Shown: in pieces, positions 1-9,278 of the stretch
Numbering within the stretch: position 1 is the first letter of the stretch
How the letters are laid out: the number at the start of each line of letters is the position of its first letter
Assembly (NCBI GenBank): GCA_963703955.1
Contig: CAVPGK010000011.1
Coordinates: 96,001 to 160,000 of the forward strand
Length of the DNA: 64,000 nt
Direction: 5' to 3'
DNA from: Nitrospirota bacterium
GTDB taxonomy: Bacteria; Nitrospirota; Nitrospiria; Nitrospirales; Nitrospiraceae
Notes under the pieces: generated by a model
Database searches by the model: none
What the model saw: only the letters and a program-made list of their open reading frames with translations
What the model was told of the DNA's origin: nothing
Made by a program: the position numbers and the translations under genes

Positions 1-800
1 ATCATCTGCGTTGGAAGAACTTTTTTGAATTGGCCGGGAATGAGCCTGGCGTCGTTATTACGTCGGTACAGAAAGAGAACGGCAAATCTGTTGTCCGCGG
101 GTTTCGGGATCCATTGTCCTCTCAGCCTGACAGCTTGGCCCAACAAGTTGGTCTCACACTTGACTCGCTTGTCTTCGAGCTTGAACCGTATCAGGCTCTT
201 ACACCCGACATCATCAAGAAGCGAGCGATATCGGTTCTTCACCCTCCTGATTCCGTGACGATCTCTGTCCATCAGGAAAACAGTAAAACCACCTTGGTGG
301 CGACAGGATCTGCTTCTCGTGAGTGGATCACGCGATTTCGGGAAATTGCTCTAGTTATTCCGGGAGTCGGTGAAATCAAAGAAAACGATTTGCACGATAA
401 TAGCTTGATCGCGTTTGAAGAGATGAAGAGGGAAATTGAAGCGCATCAGTTTACATTCGAACAAGGAAGCTCGGCTCTTTCGTCGGAGACAAAGGAAGAG
501 ATAGCCATTCTCTCAACGACCATTGGAAAGATCGATAGGTTGGCTCGAGAACTGGACAGACGGGTCCGGATTGAAGTCTATGGGCATACGAGCAAGGAAG
601 GGTCTTTTGAACTCAACAGGCGTTTAGGTCTTGCGAGAGCTCAAACCCTATTTACTGCTCTTAATACCAAGGATCTCAAGATGACACAGATTCTTCCTTT
701 AGGAGCGAGGTCAAGTCGCCCCTTGTTACCTGAGAAGAAGGATGAAACCCTATCGACGAATCGACGTGTTTCGCTGCATGTCATCGTGCAGACCCCATGA
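1..800 (+). CDS. OmpA-domain protein, 5'-truncated by the window edge
   Basis: Frame is open from position 3. C-terminal OmpA/peptidoglycan-binding motifs: FEQGSSAL, VYGHTSKEG..NRRLGLARA, NRRVSL. Confidence 0.8.
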   Translation, partial: HLRWKNFFELAGNEPGVVITSVQKENGKSVVRGFRDPLSSQPDSLAQQVGLTLDSLVFELEPYQALTPDIIKKRAISVLHPPDSVTISVHQENSKTTLVATGSASREWITRFREIALVIPGVGEIKENDLHDNSLIAFEEMKREIEAHQFTFEQGSSALSSETKEEIAILSTTIGKIDRLARELDRRVRIEVYGHTSKEGSFELNRRLGLARAQTLFTALNTKDLKMTQILPLGARSSRPLLPEKKDETLSTNRRVSLHVIVQTP

Positions 801-1459
801 CTGGCCGATCGATGAACTCCACAGAAACTCAACGCAGTAAGAAGGTATGCATGCTAGGAGCCACGGCTGCTGGCAAGACGTCCCTTGTTAGGCAATATGT
901 GTATGGAATGTTTGATAAAGAATACAAGACGACTATTGGAGTGAATGTAGAACGGATGGATGTAACTGTGGATGGTCAGGTAGTGAAGCTCACTATGTGG
1001 GACCTTGAGGGGTATGATGATCCTCTCGATGAATATAGAAAGGATTATATACCGGGTGCCCATGGGTATGTGTTAGTGGTAGATGGGACACGCCCAGAGA
1101 CATTGGATGTCGCAAGGAGCCTTCAGCAACTCGCGCAGGACATTCTTGTTGAAGCGGTGCCATTTGTCGTCGTTCTCAATAAGCGCGATTTGGAGGGGAG
1201 ATGGGCGTTGAGCCGAGGGATTTCGAACAAATTGTCTCAAGAAGGATGGACGGCGTACGAGACGAGTGCTAAGACGGGCAAGAATGTCCCCGAGGCCTTT
1301 CAGATTCTAGCCAGAAAAATGCTTGAGATAGATGAGATCAAGGAAAAAGGAGGAGGAGAAACGATGAGAGTCGAAGGGGATAAGAGCATTCAAACAACAA
1401 AGGAACCTGACTTTTCTGATCACGTCAGAGGGATTGGTGATGATATTCTTAGACGGTAG
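797..1459 (+). CDS. Rab/Ras-like small GTPase (prokaryotic Rup-type)
   Basis: G1 GATAAGKTS, G2 TTIG, G3 WDLEG, G4 NKRD, G5 TSAK. ATGA overlap with the OmpA gene stop. Confidence 0.9.
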   Translation: MTGRSMNSTETQRSKKVCMLGATAAGKTSLVRQYVYGMFDKEYKTTIGVNVERMDVTVDGQVVKLTMWDLEGYDDPLDEYRKDYIPGAHGYVLVVDGTRPETLDVARSLQQLAQDILVEAVPFVVVLNKRDLEGRWALSRGISNKLSQEGWTAYETSAKTGKNVPEAFQILARKMLEIDEIKEKGGGETMRVEGDKSIQTTKEPDFSDHVRGIGDDILRR

Positions 1460-1641
1460 GCACAACCGTTATCCATGTTCAGAGATCTCCGAGAAGTTAA
1501 TCGTTCAACCGCTGGTCAAGATGAAGTTTGAATTGGGGAATGTCTGTGTTTCTGATCAATCACATGCCCTTAACTGGTCGCTTCAAGGCACGGTGATTCC
1601 TAAGGGTGTGATCTTCTTGGAGTCGACCTGCCGTTCCTGAC

Positions 1642-2460
1642 ATGAATAGCAGCATCTCATATCAGTTGTTCCCAGCCCTAGACACCCTGGTTTTTCGACG
1701 CTCCGAGGAGAACGCAGATTTTCAGCTTATGGGTTCTCCGCCGGATTGGGTTCACTCTCTTAAAGGCCAGCTTTCAGAGCGCTGGGATCCTTCTCAATTC
1801 TTGGAGCAATCTTGTTTTCTGCAGCACTTTTTACGGAGAGCCAAGAGATTTTGGGACGAGAATCAAAGCGGTCAATTGGAATCTGGTCCATGGGAGGAAC
1901 CGACGCTCAAGGGTGAAACATACGATCTAGAAGCGATGGCTCTTGCTATTGGGACGAACAAGGTTCTAGTGATTAGGAAACTAAGCCCGCAGATTCGTTC
2001 CCGTCTTCAAGAAGCCAGGGAAAAGAGTCTCCAGCTACAACGGCAGGGCCTTCTGGAAGAACGATTAAGGGAGAGTGAAAAAGCTCGGGATGATTTACTT
2101 GTTATTTTGGATCAACTGCAGGTGGGCGCATTTTTGACCGATACTAACGGACGGGTAACCTTCATGAATCAATGGGGGCGGCGCGCGTTAGGAAAAACAA
2201 CACTGGAGATCGTTGGTGGACAATGGGATCGAGTGGTTCCCGTCTCGAAAGACGGGCTTGAGGCCCTCATGTCTATGCTTCATCAGCCATCGGCAAGACG
2301 CCAGAGGGTTCCCATTCAATTTAGTCGACAAAATGGATCACGAGTTTTTCTGGAAATCGATGTTCAGGACGACCCTAGGAATTCGCGGCAGAAAATCTTC
2401 TTTCTCTATGATGTGACAGGAGTGCAGTACCTCCGCCGTCCATTGGCAGAACATCTATAG
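1642..2460 (+). CDS. PAS-domain protein with uncharacterised N-terminal domain and no output domain (possibly truncated)
   Basis: Coiled-coil linker then PAS (LDQLQVGAFLTDTNGRVTFMN...FLYDVT). Stops about 13 aa after DVT, 4 nt before the IS. Confidence 0.65.
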   Translation: MNSSISYQLFPALDTLVFRRSEENADFQLMGSPPDWVHSLKGQLSERWDPSQFLEQSCFLQHFLRRAKRFWDENQSGQLESGPWEEPTLKGETYDLEAMALAIGTNKVLVIRKLSPQIRSRLQEAREKSLQLQRQGLLEERLRESEKARDDLLVILDQLQVGAFLTDTNGRVTFMNQWGRRALGKTTLEIVGGQWDRVVPVSKDGLEALMSMLHQPSARRQRVPIQFSRQNGSRVFLEIDVQDDPRNSRQKIFFLYDVTGVQYLRRPLAEHL

Positions 2461-2464
2461 TCTT

Positions 2465-3605
2465 CTAGTGTAGTGCGTCATAAATAACTTGACGTATATG
2501 TCCAGACCTCTCTATCTTCTGGAGCATGAGAACCGCGGCCCCTATCCAGCTGTCCCCTATGGAGCGCTCGGCCCTGAGGACATGGGCCCAGGGTCGGCGT
2601 GTCCCCTTTCGCCTGGTGCAGCGAGCGCGGATCGTCCAGTTGGCGGCCGATGGCGTCAGCAATCAGGGAATCGCCCGAACATTGACCATCTCCAGACCCA
2701 CGGTGCAGCTTTGGCGGGAGCGGTTTCTGGCTCTGCGCTTGGCAGGGCTCGAAAAGGATGCGCCACGTCCCGGTCGTCTGCCACGCATCCCCGAACGCAA
2801 AGTGCGGGCCGTCGTCGAGGCGACACTGCACACGACCCCACCGGCTGCGACCCACTGGAGCACCAGGAGTATGGCGAAGGCCCAAGGCCTCAGCGAAGCG
2901 ACGGTGCGGCGGATCTGGAGGCGATACCACCTCAAGCCCCATCTCATCAGGACCTTCAAGCTCAGCCGGGACAAGCAGTTTGTCGAGAAGCTCTACGATG
3001 TCGTGGGGCTCTATCTCAATCCCCCGGACAAGTCCTTGGTCCTGTGCGTCGACGAGAAAAGTCAGGTCCAAGCCCTCGACCGCACCCAGCCGGGCCTTCC
3101 GTTGAAGAAGGGCCGTTGTGGCACGATGACGCACGATTACAAACGCCATGGCACGACCACCTTGTTCGCAGCCCTGAGCATGCTCGACGGCCAGGTGATC
3201 GGCGACTGCATGCCGCGGCATCGACATCAGGAGTTCATTCGCTTCCTCGCAAAGATCGAGGCCGAAACCCCGTCCGAGCTCGCGTTGCATCTGATCGTGG
3301 ACAATTACGGGACGCACAAGCACCCACGGGTGAAAGCTTGGCTCCGGCGGCATCCGCGGGTCCATCTGCACTTTATCCCAACCTCCAGTTCCTGGCTGAA
3401 CCTGGTCGAGCGCTGGTTCCGCGATCTCACCGACAAGCGCATCCGGCGGGGCAGCTTCCAGCATGTGCGGGAATTGATCGCTGCGATCACACAGTACCTG
3501 GACCATCACAATCAGAGCCCCCGGGTATTCGTGTGGACCGCCTCGGTGGGGAATATCTTGACCAAAGTCGCCCAATGTAAAGAAGCGTTAGACGCACTAC
3601 ACTAG
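2465..3605 (+). mobile_element. IS630-family insertion sequence
   Basis: Perfect 15-bp inverted ends CTAGTGTAGTGCGTC (2465-2479) and GACGCACTACACTAG (3591-3605). These include CTAG/TA at both ends, typical of IS630 targets. Confidence 0.93.
2526..3605 (+). CDS. IS630-family DDE transposase
   Basis: N-terminal HTH, HWSTRSMA, and DDE motifs VDEKSQVQALDR, IVDNYGTHK, WLNLVERWF. The TAG stop lies in the right end. Confidence 0.95.
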   Translation: MRTAAPIQLSPMERSALRTWAQGRRVPFRLVQRARIVQLAADGVSNQGIARTLTISRPTVQLWRERFLALRLAGLEKDAPRPGRLPRIPERKVRAVVEATLHTTPPAATHWSTRSMAKAQGLSEATVRRIWRRYHLKPHLIRTFKLSRDKQFVEKLYDVVGLYLNPPDKSLVLCVDEKSQVQALDRTQPGLPLKKGRCGTMTHDYKRHGTTTLFAALSMLDGQVIGDCMPRHRHQEFIRFLAKIEAETPSELALHLIVDNYGTHKHPRVKAWLRRHPRVHLHFIPTSSSWLNLVERWFRDLTDKRIRRGSFQHVRELIAAITQYLDHHNQSPRVFVWTASVGNILTKVAQCKEALDALH

Positions 3606-3873
3606 ATTCTCCTTAGCAGAGCTTGCTACCTTTGTGTACAAGAAGAGAGCCTCCATAGTCAGGCGACCGTCCTCATTAGGGATCAAGTTGCCAAGTTACA
3701 AAAATAAGGTTTATTACAGCTATTGCTCGGGACAGAACACCATAGAGCGTCCAAACGATAAAAAAACGACCTGTCTTCATCAGTTATAGCCATAAGGATG
3801 AACGCTGGAAAACCCTTTTGGTGACGCATCTCGATGTGCCTCAAAAGCAAGGGCACTTTATTCTAAATGGGTG

Positions 3874-4617
3874 CTACAGCCCTTCGCCGCTGGTTCCTCC
3901 CCCGAACCCCCCGAAGTTTCCGCTAAATCCGCCCTGGCCGCTTCCCCAAAATTCGTCGCGATGGAGTCGCTGAAACGGATGGCGAAGGTCGGGACGGCTG
4001 ATCCACCACAAGAACGCCAAAGCTCCGGCCCCGGTGAAGAGCGTGAGCACGATGCCCACGCCTTTCAGATGAGATCGCGGCGGGTCCCCCACCCGAATCT
4101 GCTGCATAACGGACGCGAAAGAGACGGTTGCCCGATAGAGTCCCTCGCCGTAATGGCCGGCGCGGAACGCCGGCTGAATGTACAGGCGACCGATATCCTC
4201 AACCGCTTGCGGGGTCACAACCGCGGTCAACCCTCGTCCCACGGACACGGCAGCTTGGCGGTTGTCGAGAACCGCTAGGATCAGCATGCCGTGATCGCGC
4301 GACGCCGTGCCCACCCCCCAGCGTTCATAGATGGCTGTCGCATATTCATTAGCAGTCTTGTAGGGGGCCACGGAATGAACTGCGACCACCACCATTTCTA
4401 CGCCGGTTTTGCGTTCGAGATCCTGACAGACGGATCGGATGCGATCTCTCCAATCCGGTTCTACCTTGCCCGCAAAATCGCTCACATAACCCAGCGGTTC
4501 CGGCAATGGGCGTCGATCCGGGCCGGTGCTTTCGGCCGCTAGCGGCAGAAGCACGCATGCCGATACGATGAGGCAGCGGACAGAGCGAAGGCCACAGTTG
4601 GAATCGACGCGCCTCAC
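3874..4617 (-). CDS. TPM-domain (YgcG-like) membrane protein
   Basis: GYVSDFAG..LERKTGVEMVVV..WGVG..DHGMLIL, a TM helix and a Gly-rich tail. GTG at 4617 overlaps the upstream stop (GTGA). Confidence 0.85.
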   Translation of the reverse strand: MRRVDSNCGLRSVRCLIVSACVLLPLAAESTGPDRRPLPEPLGYVSDFAGKVEPDWRDRIRSVCQDLERKTGVEMVVVAVHSVAPYKTANEYATAIYERWGVGTASRDHGMLILAVLDNRQAAVSVGRGLTAVVTPQAVEDIGRLYIQPAFRAGHYGEGLYRATVSFASVMQQIRVGDPPRSHLKGVGIVLTLFTGAGALAFLWWISRPDLRHPFQRLHRDEFWGSGQGGFSGNFGGFGGGTSGEGL

Positions 4618-5384
4618 GGATGTTTCGCCGTGCTCGGGTGAGTACTCCATTCGGAGAGCGTCTGCAAACACGCAACGTAGCGTTCAAACAGTCGAGGCAT
4701 TTCGACCGGTCCTGGAGTCACCACACCTCGTTTCAAGTTCCACACCTCTTGAAGGACGGTTGCATCGATCCCAAAGCGTGCCGGAAGGTCTTTGAGTAAA
4801 GCATCCGTCGAGGGAGGTATCTGCAGTTCCCTCACACGATACTGCCCCCGCAGACTAGGAAGCAAGGTTGTCAAGGAAAGGGGAAGCAAGATGGCGAGGG
4901 CCTCAGACTTCGCTGCACCTTCCACAAAGCGCTGTCGGAGCCTCATGAGATTGCCCATGATCTCCTGTCCGCATTGTGCGGCCAGGTTTCCCCTGTCGAT
5001 TCGAAGAGACGGAAACGGGTCGTGCCCTACCAACAGTACGTGGGACTCTTGAATCTCCACGCACTCTAGTGGAAAGAACTTCTGTGAATTCTCGATTTCA
5101 TTCTCTGTCAGAAAGAGCGGGACAACCAATTTTTCCGAAGCCCAGCGCCGGTGGGTCTTTGCGTATCGTTGGAGCAGATCCAGATCGTGCTGCCCAAGTA
5201 GGAACACCAGGTTGAGATTGGATCTCCCCTCGAGAAATTCTCCTCGGGCTGCGCTTCCGTAAAGGATCACTCCTTCCAAAGCGGCGCCGAAGACACTGGT
5301 GACTTCTTTCACATACTTGCGAAGCGTCTCACGGACGTCCTCTGGAAGATCAGGGGGAATCCGTTCGCTCAGTCGAATGGTCAT
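4614..5384 (-). CDS. Pol-beta-like nucleotidyltransferase-fold protein
   Basis: VILYGSAARGEF..GRSNLNL motif; the usual DxD appears as NxN. Confidence 0.7.
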   Translation of the reverse strand: MTIRLSERIPPDLPEDVRETLRKYVKEVTSVFGAALEGVILYGSAARGEFLEGRSNLNLVFLLGQHDLDLLQRYAKTHRRWASEKLVVPLFLTENEIENSQKFFPLECVEIQESHVLLVGHDPFPSLRIDRGNLAAQCGQEIMGNLMRLRQRFVEGAAKSEALAILLPLSLTTLLPSLRGQYRVRELQIPPSTDALLKDLPARFGIDATVLQEVWNLKRGVVTPGPVEMPRLFERYVACLQTLSEWSTHPSTAKHP

Positions 5385-5390
5385 GAAAGT

Positions 5391-6752
5391 TCAACCGGGT
5401 TGGATCACCGCTTCAGGAGGCAAGCGATCGGCATGCAGGTCCGGCAATAGCCCCGCGGCGATGAAGCGGTCGACCAATCGGAATGGGGGCTGGGCTCGAA
5501 GCCCCGCCGTGGCCGACAACACCTGATAACGGAGTCGCCGGTTTCGGTCGAGCGTCTTGAACACGCGGTCTCGCAGGTAGCCGACGAGGGGATTGGCGGT
5601 ATTCCAGAAAAGGGCTTGTTCATCCGCGAGCCGCTGCAACATCTCCACATGAGGCCTGCGGGCCCGTTCGAACGACGCCAGCGCGGATGCGGAACAATCG
5701 TTGCGTTCCAAGCAGGTCGGGATCAGATCCGCAAGGGCGATCGCGTCAACCATCGCCTGCATGCGACCTTGCGAGGCGTGCGGATTCATTGCGTGGGCGG
5801 CATCGCCGATCAACGCTGCGCCGTCCGCAACCCAGGTGTCCGTGTGGACCCTGCCCGTCGGCATATAAGCTGTCTGGCTCCAGTCAACGAGATTTTCGAA
5901 CGTCGAGGCAAGATCGGGAACAATTTTCGCCCATTGCTCCCGTAAGACCGCGAGTCCGGCAGCCTTCACCCGGGGCATGGAGTCGGCCGGGATCATGTAA
6001 AACAGGTACACCTTTCGTCCGGCCGTAGGAAAGATACCGAGGATGGTACGACGGCCGACGAAGTACCGGGCCTCCGTCCTTTCATTCTGGCCCTCGAGGA
6101 TGGCGATCAGGTAGGCTTCCGGATATCGGTGCAGGCGAGTGGGAATGCGAAGCGCGTCACGAACCTTCGACAGCGCGCCGTCAGCGCCCACGACGACCTT
6201 CGCCGAAATGGTCATCTGACGGCCGGCCTGTGCAGCCTCCACGCCGACAACCCGATTGCCTTCCCGCAAGACTTTCTTGAACTCGGCTCCATAACGAAGC
6301 GCGCCGGGCGCCTGATCGTCCAGAGCCTTGAGGATGACGTGATGCGCCGCGTTGGGCAGTGTGACGATCGCGCGGTTGTATGGCGGCGGTAACATCCCAT
6401 AATCGACGGTGCACAAACGATTGGACCCACTCATGCCAGGCGTTATATCACCCACCCGCTTTGAACTGGCTGTGACCAGTCTTGTTCCCATGTGACCCGC
6501 CTCTGCTCCACCCGCGCGACAAAAGTGAAAATGCCGGACGGGCCGCACGGCGTCGGCGGGAAGTTTTCCAAGGATCCCCAAACGGTCCAAGACCTGCTGC
6601 CCGTTCGGCTGCAGGATCTCGCCGCGCAAGCCGGTGGGAGGCCCCGGAGCCTGTTCGAGGACAACGACGCTGACACCCTTTTGAGCCAGCGCGAGGCCGA
6701 GCACCGCGCCTCCACCTCCAGCTCCGACAATGACGACATCGGTATGTTCCAT
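5391..6752 (-). CDS. FAD-dependent monooxygenase (UbiH-like family)
   Basis: GAGGGG Rossmann motif, VVGADG, LIGDAAHAMNPHASQG. Confidence 0.9.
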   Translation of the reverse strand: MEHTDVVIVGAGGGGAVLGLALAQKGVSVVVLEQAPGPPTGLRGEILQPNGQQVLDRLGILGKLPADAVRPVRHFHFCRAGGAEAGHMGTRLVTASSKRVGDITPGMSGSNRLCTVDYGMLPPPYNRAIVTLPNAAHHVILKALDDQAPGALRYGAEFKKVLREGNRVVGVEAAQAGRQMTISAKVVVGADGALSKVRDALRIPTRLHRYPEAYLIAILEGQNERTEARYFVGRRTILGIFPTAGRKVYLFYMIPADSMPRVKAAGLAVLREQWAKIVPDLASTFENLVDWSQTAYMPTGRVHTDTWVADGAALIGDAAHAMNPHASQGRMQAMVDAIALADLIPTCLERNDCSASALASFERARRPHVEMLQRLADEQALFWNTANPLVGYLRDRVFKTLDRNRRLRYQVLSATAGLRAQPPFRLVDRFIAAGLLPDLHADRLPPEAVIQPG

Positions 6753-6768
6753 CAGCGCAGCCCCATGG

Positions 6769-7308
6769 TCATTGCCATGTCTGGTATCGGACCTGATCTC
6801 GCCACATCAATAAGAATTTGTCGCGCGCTTTGGCGCTGGTCACGGGATCGGTGATGACATCCAAGCGTTCGTCGTTATAGCGATGCCCGCTCGTGGTGAG
6901 GTTCATAGAGCCGGACGTGTTGATCACGTCATCGATGACGACCTGCTTCATGTGCATGAGGCCTTCGTGTTGGTTGACCCGGATAGGAATACCCGCTAAT
7001 CGCAACGTGCTCAACGCAGCCAGTTGCTTGGGATCGTTTAATTTCTCTCGGTCTGTGATGATGCGCACATCGATCCCGCGCTTCTTCGCTGATACCAACG
7101 CCTTCACGGCCGGCGGAAACGTAATCCCGTAGATGGCGACGAAGATATATCGACGGGCTCCGTCATAAATCGACACCAGTTTGTCACCTGGCAGATCGTC
7201 CGGGGCATAATAAATCTCGATGGTCCCGGCTTCGGTCGCCGGCACGACCCAACCGAGACCGACGACACAACACAGCACCAATATGCCACGCGCAACCATG
7301 AGCGCCAT
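6769..7308 (-). CDS. Secreted single-HKD phospholipase D / Nuc-like protein
   Basis: Signal peptide; HMKQVVID and SGSMNLT motifs. Confidence 0.85.
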   Translation of the reverse strand: MALMVARGILVLCCVVGLGWVVPATEAGTIEIYYAPDDLPGDKLVSIYDGARRYIFVAIYGITFPPAVKALVSAKKRGIDVRIITDREKLNDPKQLAALSTLRLAGIPIRVNQHEGLMHMKQVVIDDVINTSGSMNLTTSGHRYNDERLDVITDPVTSAKARDKFLLMWRDQVRYQTWQ

Positions 7309-7319
7309 CCCAAATCGTC

Positions 7320-7697
7320 CTAGTCGGCCTCGAACACCGCCTTAAAATGATCCTCAGCGGCATCCCACGCCTGCGGAGAGGTTTTACTCAGCCAGTCACG
7401 AAGGTACGCTTTCTGGCCAGGAGTCAGAATCTGTTTGATCTGATGGGAGCGGCCTTGCATGGGCTGAAGAAATCCCGCGCGTTTGTTGAAATCCAGTGTG
7501 GCGGTTCTGACATAGATATTGGTGTACGCGGTCGGGGTTCCTTGCGTTTCATCCCCTTGAATCCAGACCGAGATGAACTTTTCCAGCTTCAACCCTTCGC
7601 TGTCCAGGGCCGGATCGGTGTCATGAAACAATTCGTTTTCCGATTGCGGCAAGGGCGCGTTATCCTGAAACCGAAACATGAAATTCTGATTCCACAT
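7320..7697 (-). CDS. Hypothetical protein
   Basis: 125-aa ORF with AAGGA RBS, first gene of a tightly spaced operon. Confidence 0.65.
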   Translation of the reverse strand: MWNQNFMFRFQDNAPLPQSENELFHDTDPALDSEGLKLEKFISVWIQGDETQGTPTAYTNIYVRTATLDFNKRAGFLQPMQGRSHQIKQILTPGQKAYLRDWLSKTSPQAWDAAEDHFKAVFEAD

Positions 7698-7886
7698 GGT
7701 CGTCCTTAGATGAAACTGACGGTCAGCAGGGGTACGGTGGTTGGAACGCGTTCCGGCTCAGTCTTGCGCAAGGAGTCGGCATACTGGAGGGGAAGCACGG
7801 GCAATGTCAAGAGCCTGAGAATCTGAGAAGTGTCGGTGTCAAAGAGGTTCCCAATTAGTGTGACATCGAACACTCGAGCCATCTTC

Positions 7887-7916
7887 TTGACAAGGTCGAG
7901 CGCAGTTTGTTAGCGT
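7887..7916 (+). promoter_or_regulatory. Putative sigma70 promoter of the sulfur-relay operon
   Basis: TTGACA-18 nt-TAGCGT with an extended TG. Confidence 0.4.
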
Positions 7917-7957
7917 TTAGAATTCTCGTTTCCGAAAGCATACTTAGGGAGACCTCG

Positions 7958-8158
7958 ATGGTCGTGAAAATCAATGGAAAGCCCGAGGAGGTCCACGGGG
8001 CGACCGTCCTTGATCTCCTCAGCGCGAAGAGCATCGATCCGCACATGGTGGCGGTCGAATTGAACTCGAAAATGGTGGAGCGTGACCATCTTGCGACCAC
8101 CGCGGTGAAGGAGGGCGACCAGTTGGAATTTCTCTTCTACATGGGGGGTGGCGGGTGA
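7958..8158 (+). CDS. ThiS-like ubiquitin-fold sulfur carrier
   Basis: VKINGK..VAVELN..EGDQLEFLFYMGGGG*. ATG at 7958 follows a GGAG RBS. Confidence 0.9.
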   Translation: MVVKINGKPEEVHGATVLDLLSAKSIDPHMVAVELNSKMVERDHLATTAVKEGDQLEFLFYMGGGG

Positions 8159-9084
8159 CCGCATCGGCCCACAAGGAAATTACGGAGCTCATCGGCGGCA
8201 CACCCCTGGTCCGCTTGAACCGACTATCCAAAGACGGATCGGCGACGATTCATGCGAAGGTCGAATCGTTCAACCCCGGCGGGAGCGTCAAAGATCGGAT
8301 CTGCCTGAACATGATCAATGAGGCGGAGCGCCAGGGTCGCCTCAAACCCGGCGGCACCATCGTGGAACCCACCAGCGGCAACACGGGGATCGGCCTTGCG
8401 TTGGTGGCGGCCGTTCGCGGATACAAATTGATCCTGGTCATGCCCGAAAGCATGAGCATGGAACGCGCGAGTTTGCTCTCCTCCTACGGCGCGCAGTTGG
8501 TGTTAACTGCGGCATGGGAAGGGATGAAAGGCTCGATCAAAGAGGCCGAGAGCATTGTCGCCCAGAACCCATCGTATTTTATGCCCGATCAGTTCTCAAA
8601 CCCAGCCAATCCGGCCATCCACAGACAGACCACGGCAGTGGAGATTTGGGAAGCGCTGAATGGCAAGATCGACGCCTTCGTCGCGGCGGTTGGGACAGGC
8701 GGAACGATTACCGGCTGCGGAGAGGTCTTTAAGGAACGCAATCCCCACGTCAAGGTTATTGCGGTTGAACCCGCCGGCTCGCCGGTTCTCTCCGGCGGAG
8801 ACCCCGGCCCGCACAAGATTCAGGGCATCGGCGCCGGGTTCATTCCAAAGGTTTTGAATCGGTCGATCCTCGACCGAGTGATGACGGTGACCGACGACGA
8901 GGCTTATCAGACTTCGAAGCTGCTGGCCAAGAAGGAAGGACTTCTGGTCGGTATTTCTGCGGGCGCCAATGTGTTTGCCGCCCAGAAGGTGGCGGAGGAA
9001 CTCGGACCCGGGAAGAATGTGGTCACGATCCTCTGTGACACCGGCGAACGGTATATTAGCATCGAGAAGTATTTTAATATCTAG
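8155..9084 (+). CDS. cysK: Cysteine synthase A
   Basis: NPGGSVKDR (PLP Lys), EPTSGNTG, GTGGT, PGPHKIQGIGAG. Confidence 0.95.
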   Translation: MTASAHKEITELIGGTPLVRLNRLSKDGSATIHAKVESFNPGGSVKDRICLNMINEAERQGRLKPGGTIVEPTSGNTGIGLALVAAVRGYKLILVMPESMSMERASLLSSYGAQLVLTAAWEGMKGSIKEAESIVAQNPSYFMPDQFSNPANPAIHRQTTAVEIWEALNGKIDAFVAAVGTGGTITGCGEVFKERNPHVKVIAVEPAGSPVLSGGDPGPHKIQGIGAGFIPKVLNRSILDRVMTVTDDEAYQTSKLLAKKEGLLVGISAGANVFAAQKVAEELGPGKNVVTILCDTGERYISIEKYFNI

Positions 9085-9249
9085 GGCTGCTGAAAATGGC
9101 CCCCAACTTCGTTCTCGGCTCGAAAGAATCCTCAACGTACCCCAGAGGGTACGCCTCCGGTTTTTTCTCGCCTGCGGCCTTGCTCGGGAAGAGGTGCGTC
9201 TCGGCGCGCCTGGGGAGGCGGGTGTGATTGCTGGCCATTTTGACCAGCC
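9085..9249. repeat. MITE-like element, copy 1
   Basis: 17-bp terminal IRs GGCTGCTGAAAATGGCC / GGCCATTTTGACCAGCC (15/17 match), internal hairpin CGTACCC-caga-GGGTACG. Homologous to 21246-21543 and 53077-53255. Confidence 0.8.
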
Positions 9250-9278
9250 TCTTTGCTTGCAAACAGACACCTACTGAA

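Noticed and set aside
2478..3580. 365-aa antisense and 363-aa alternate-frame ORFs spanning the IS
   Set aside because: Shadow ORFs of the GC-rich transposase with no recognisable motifs.
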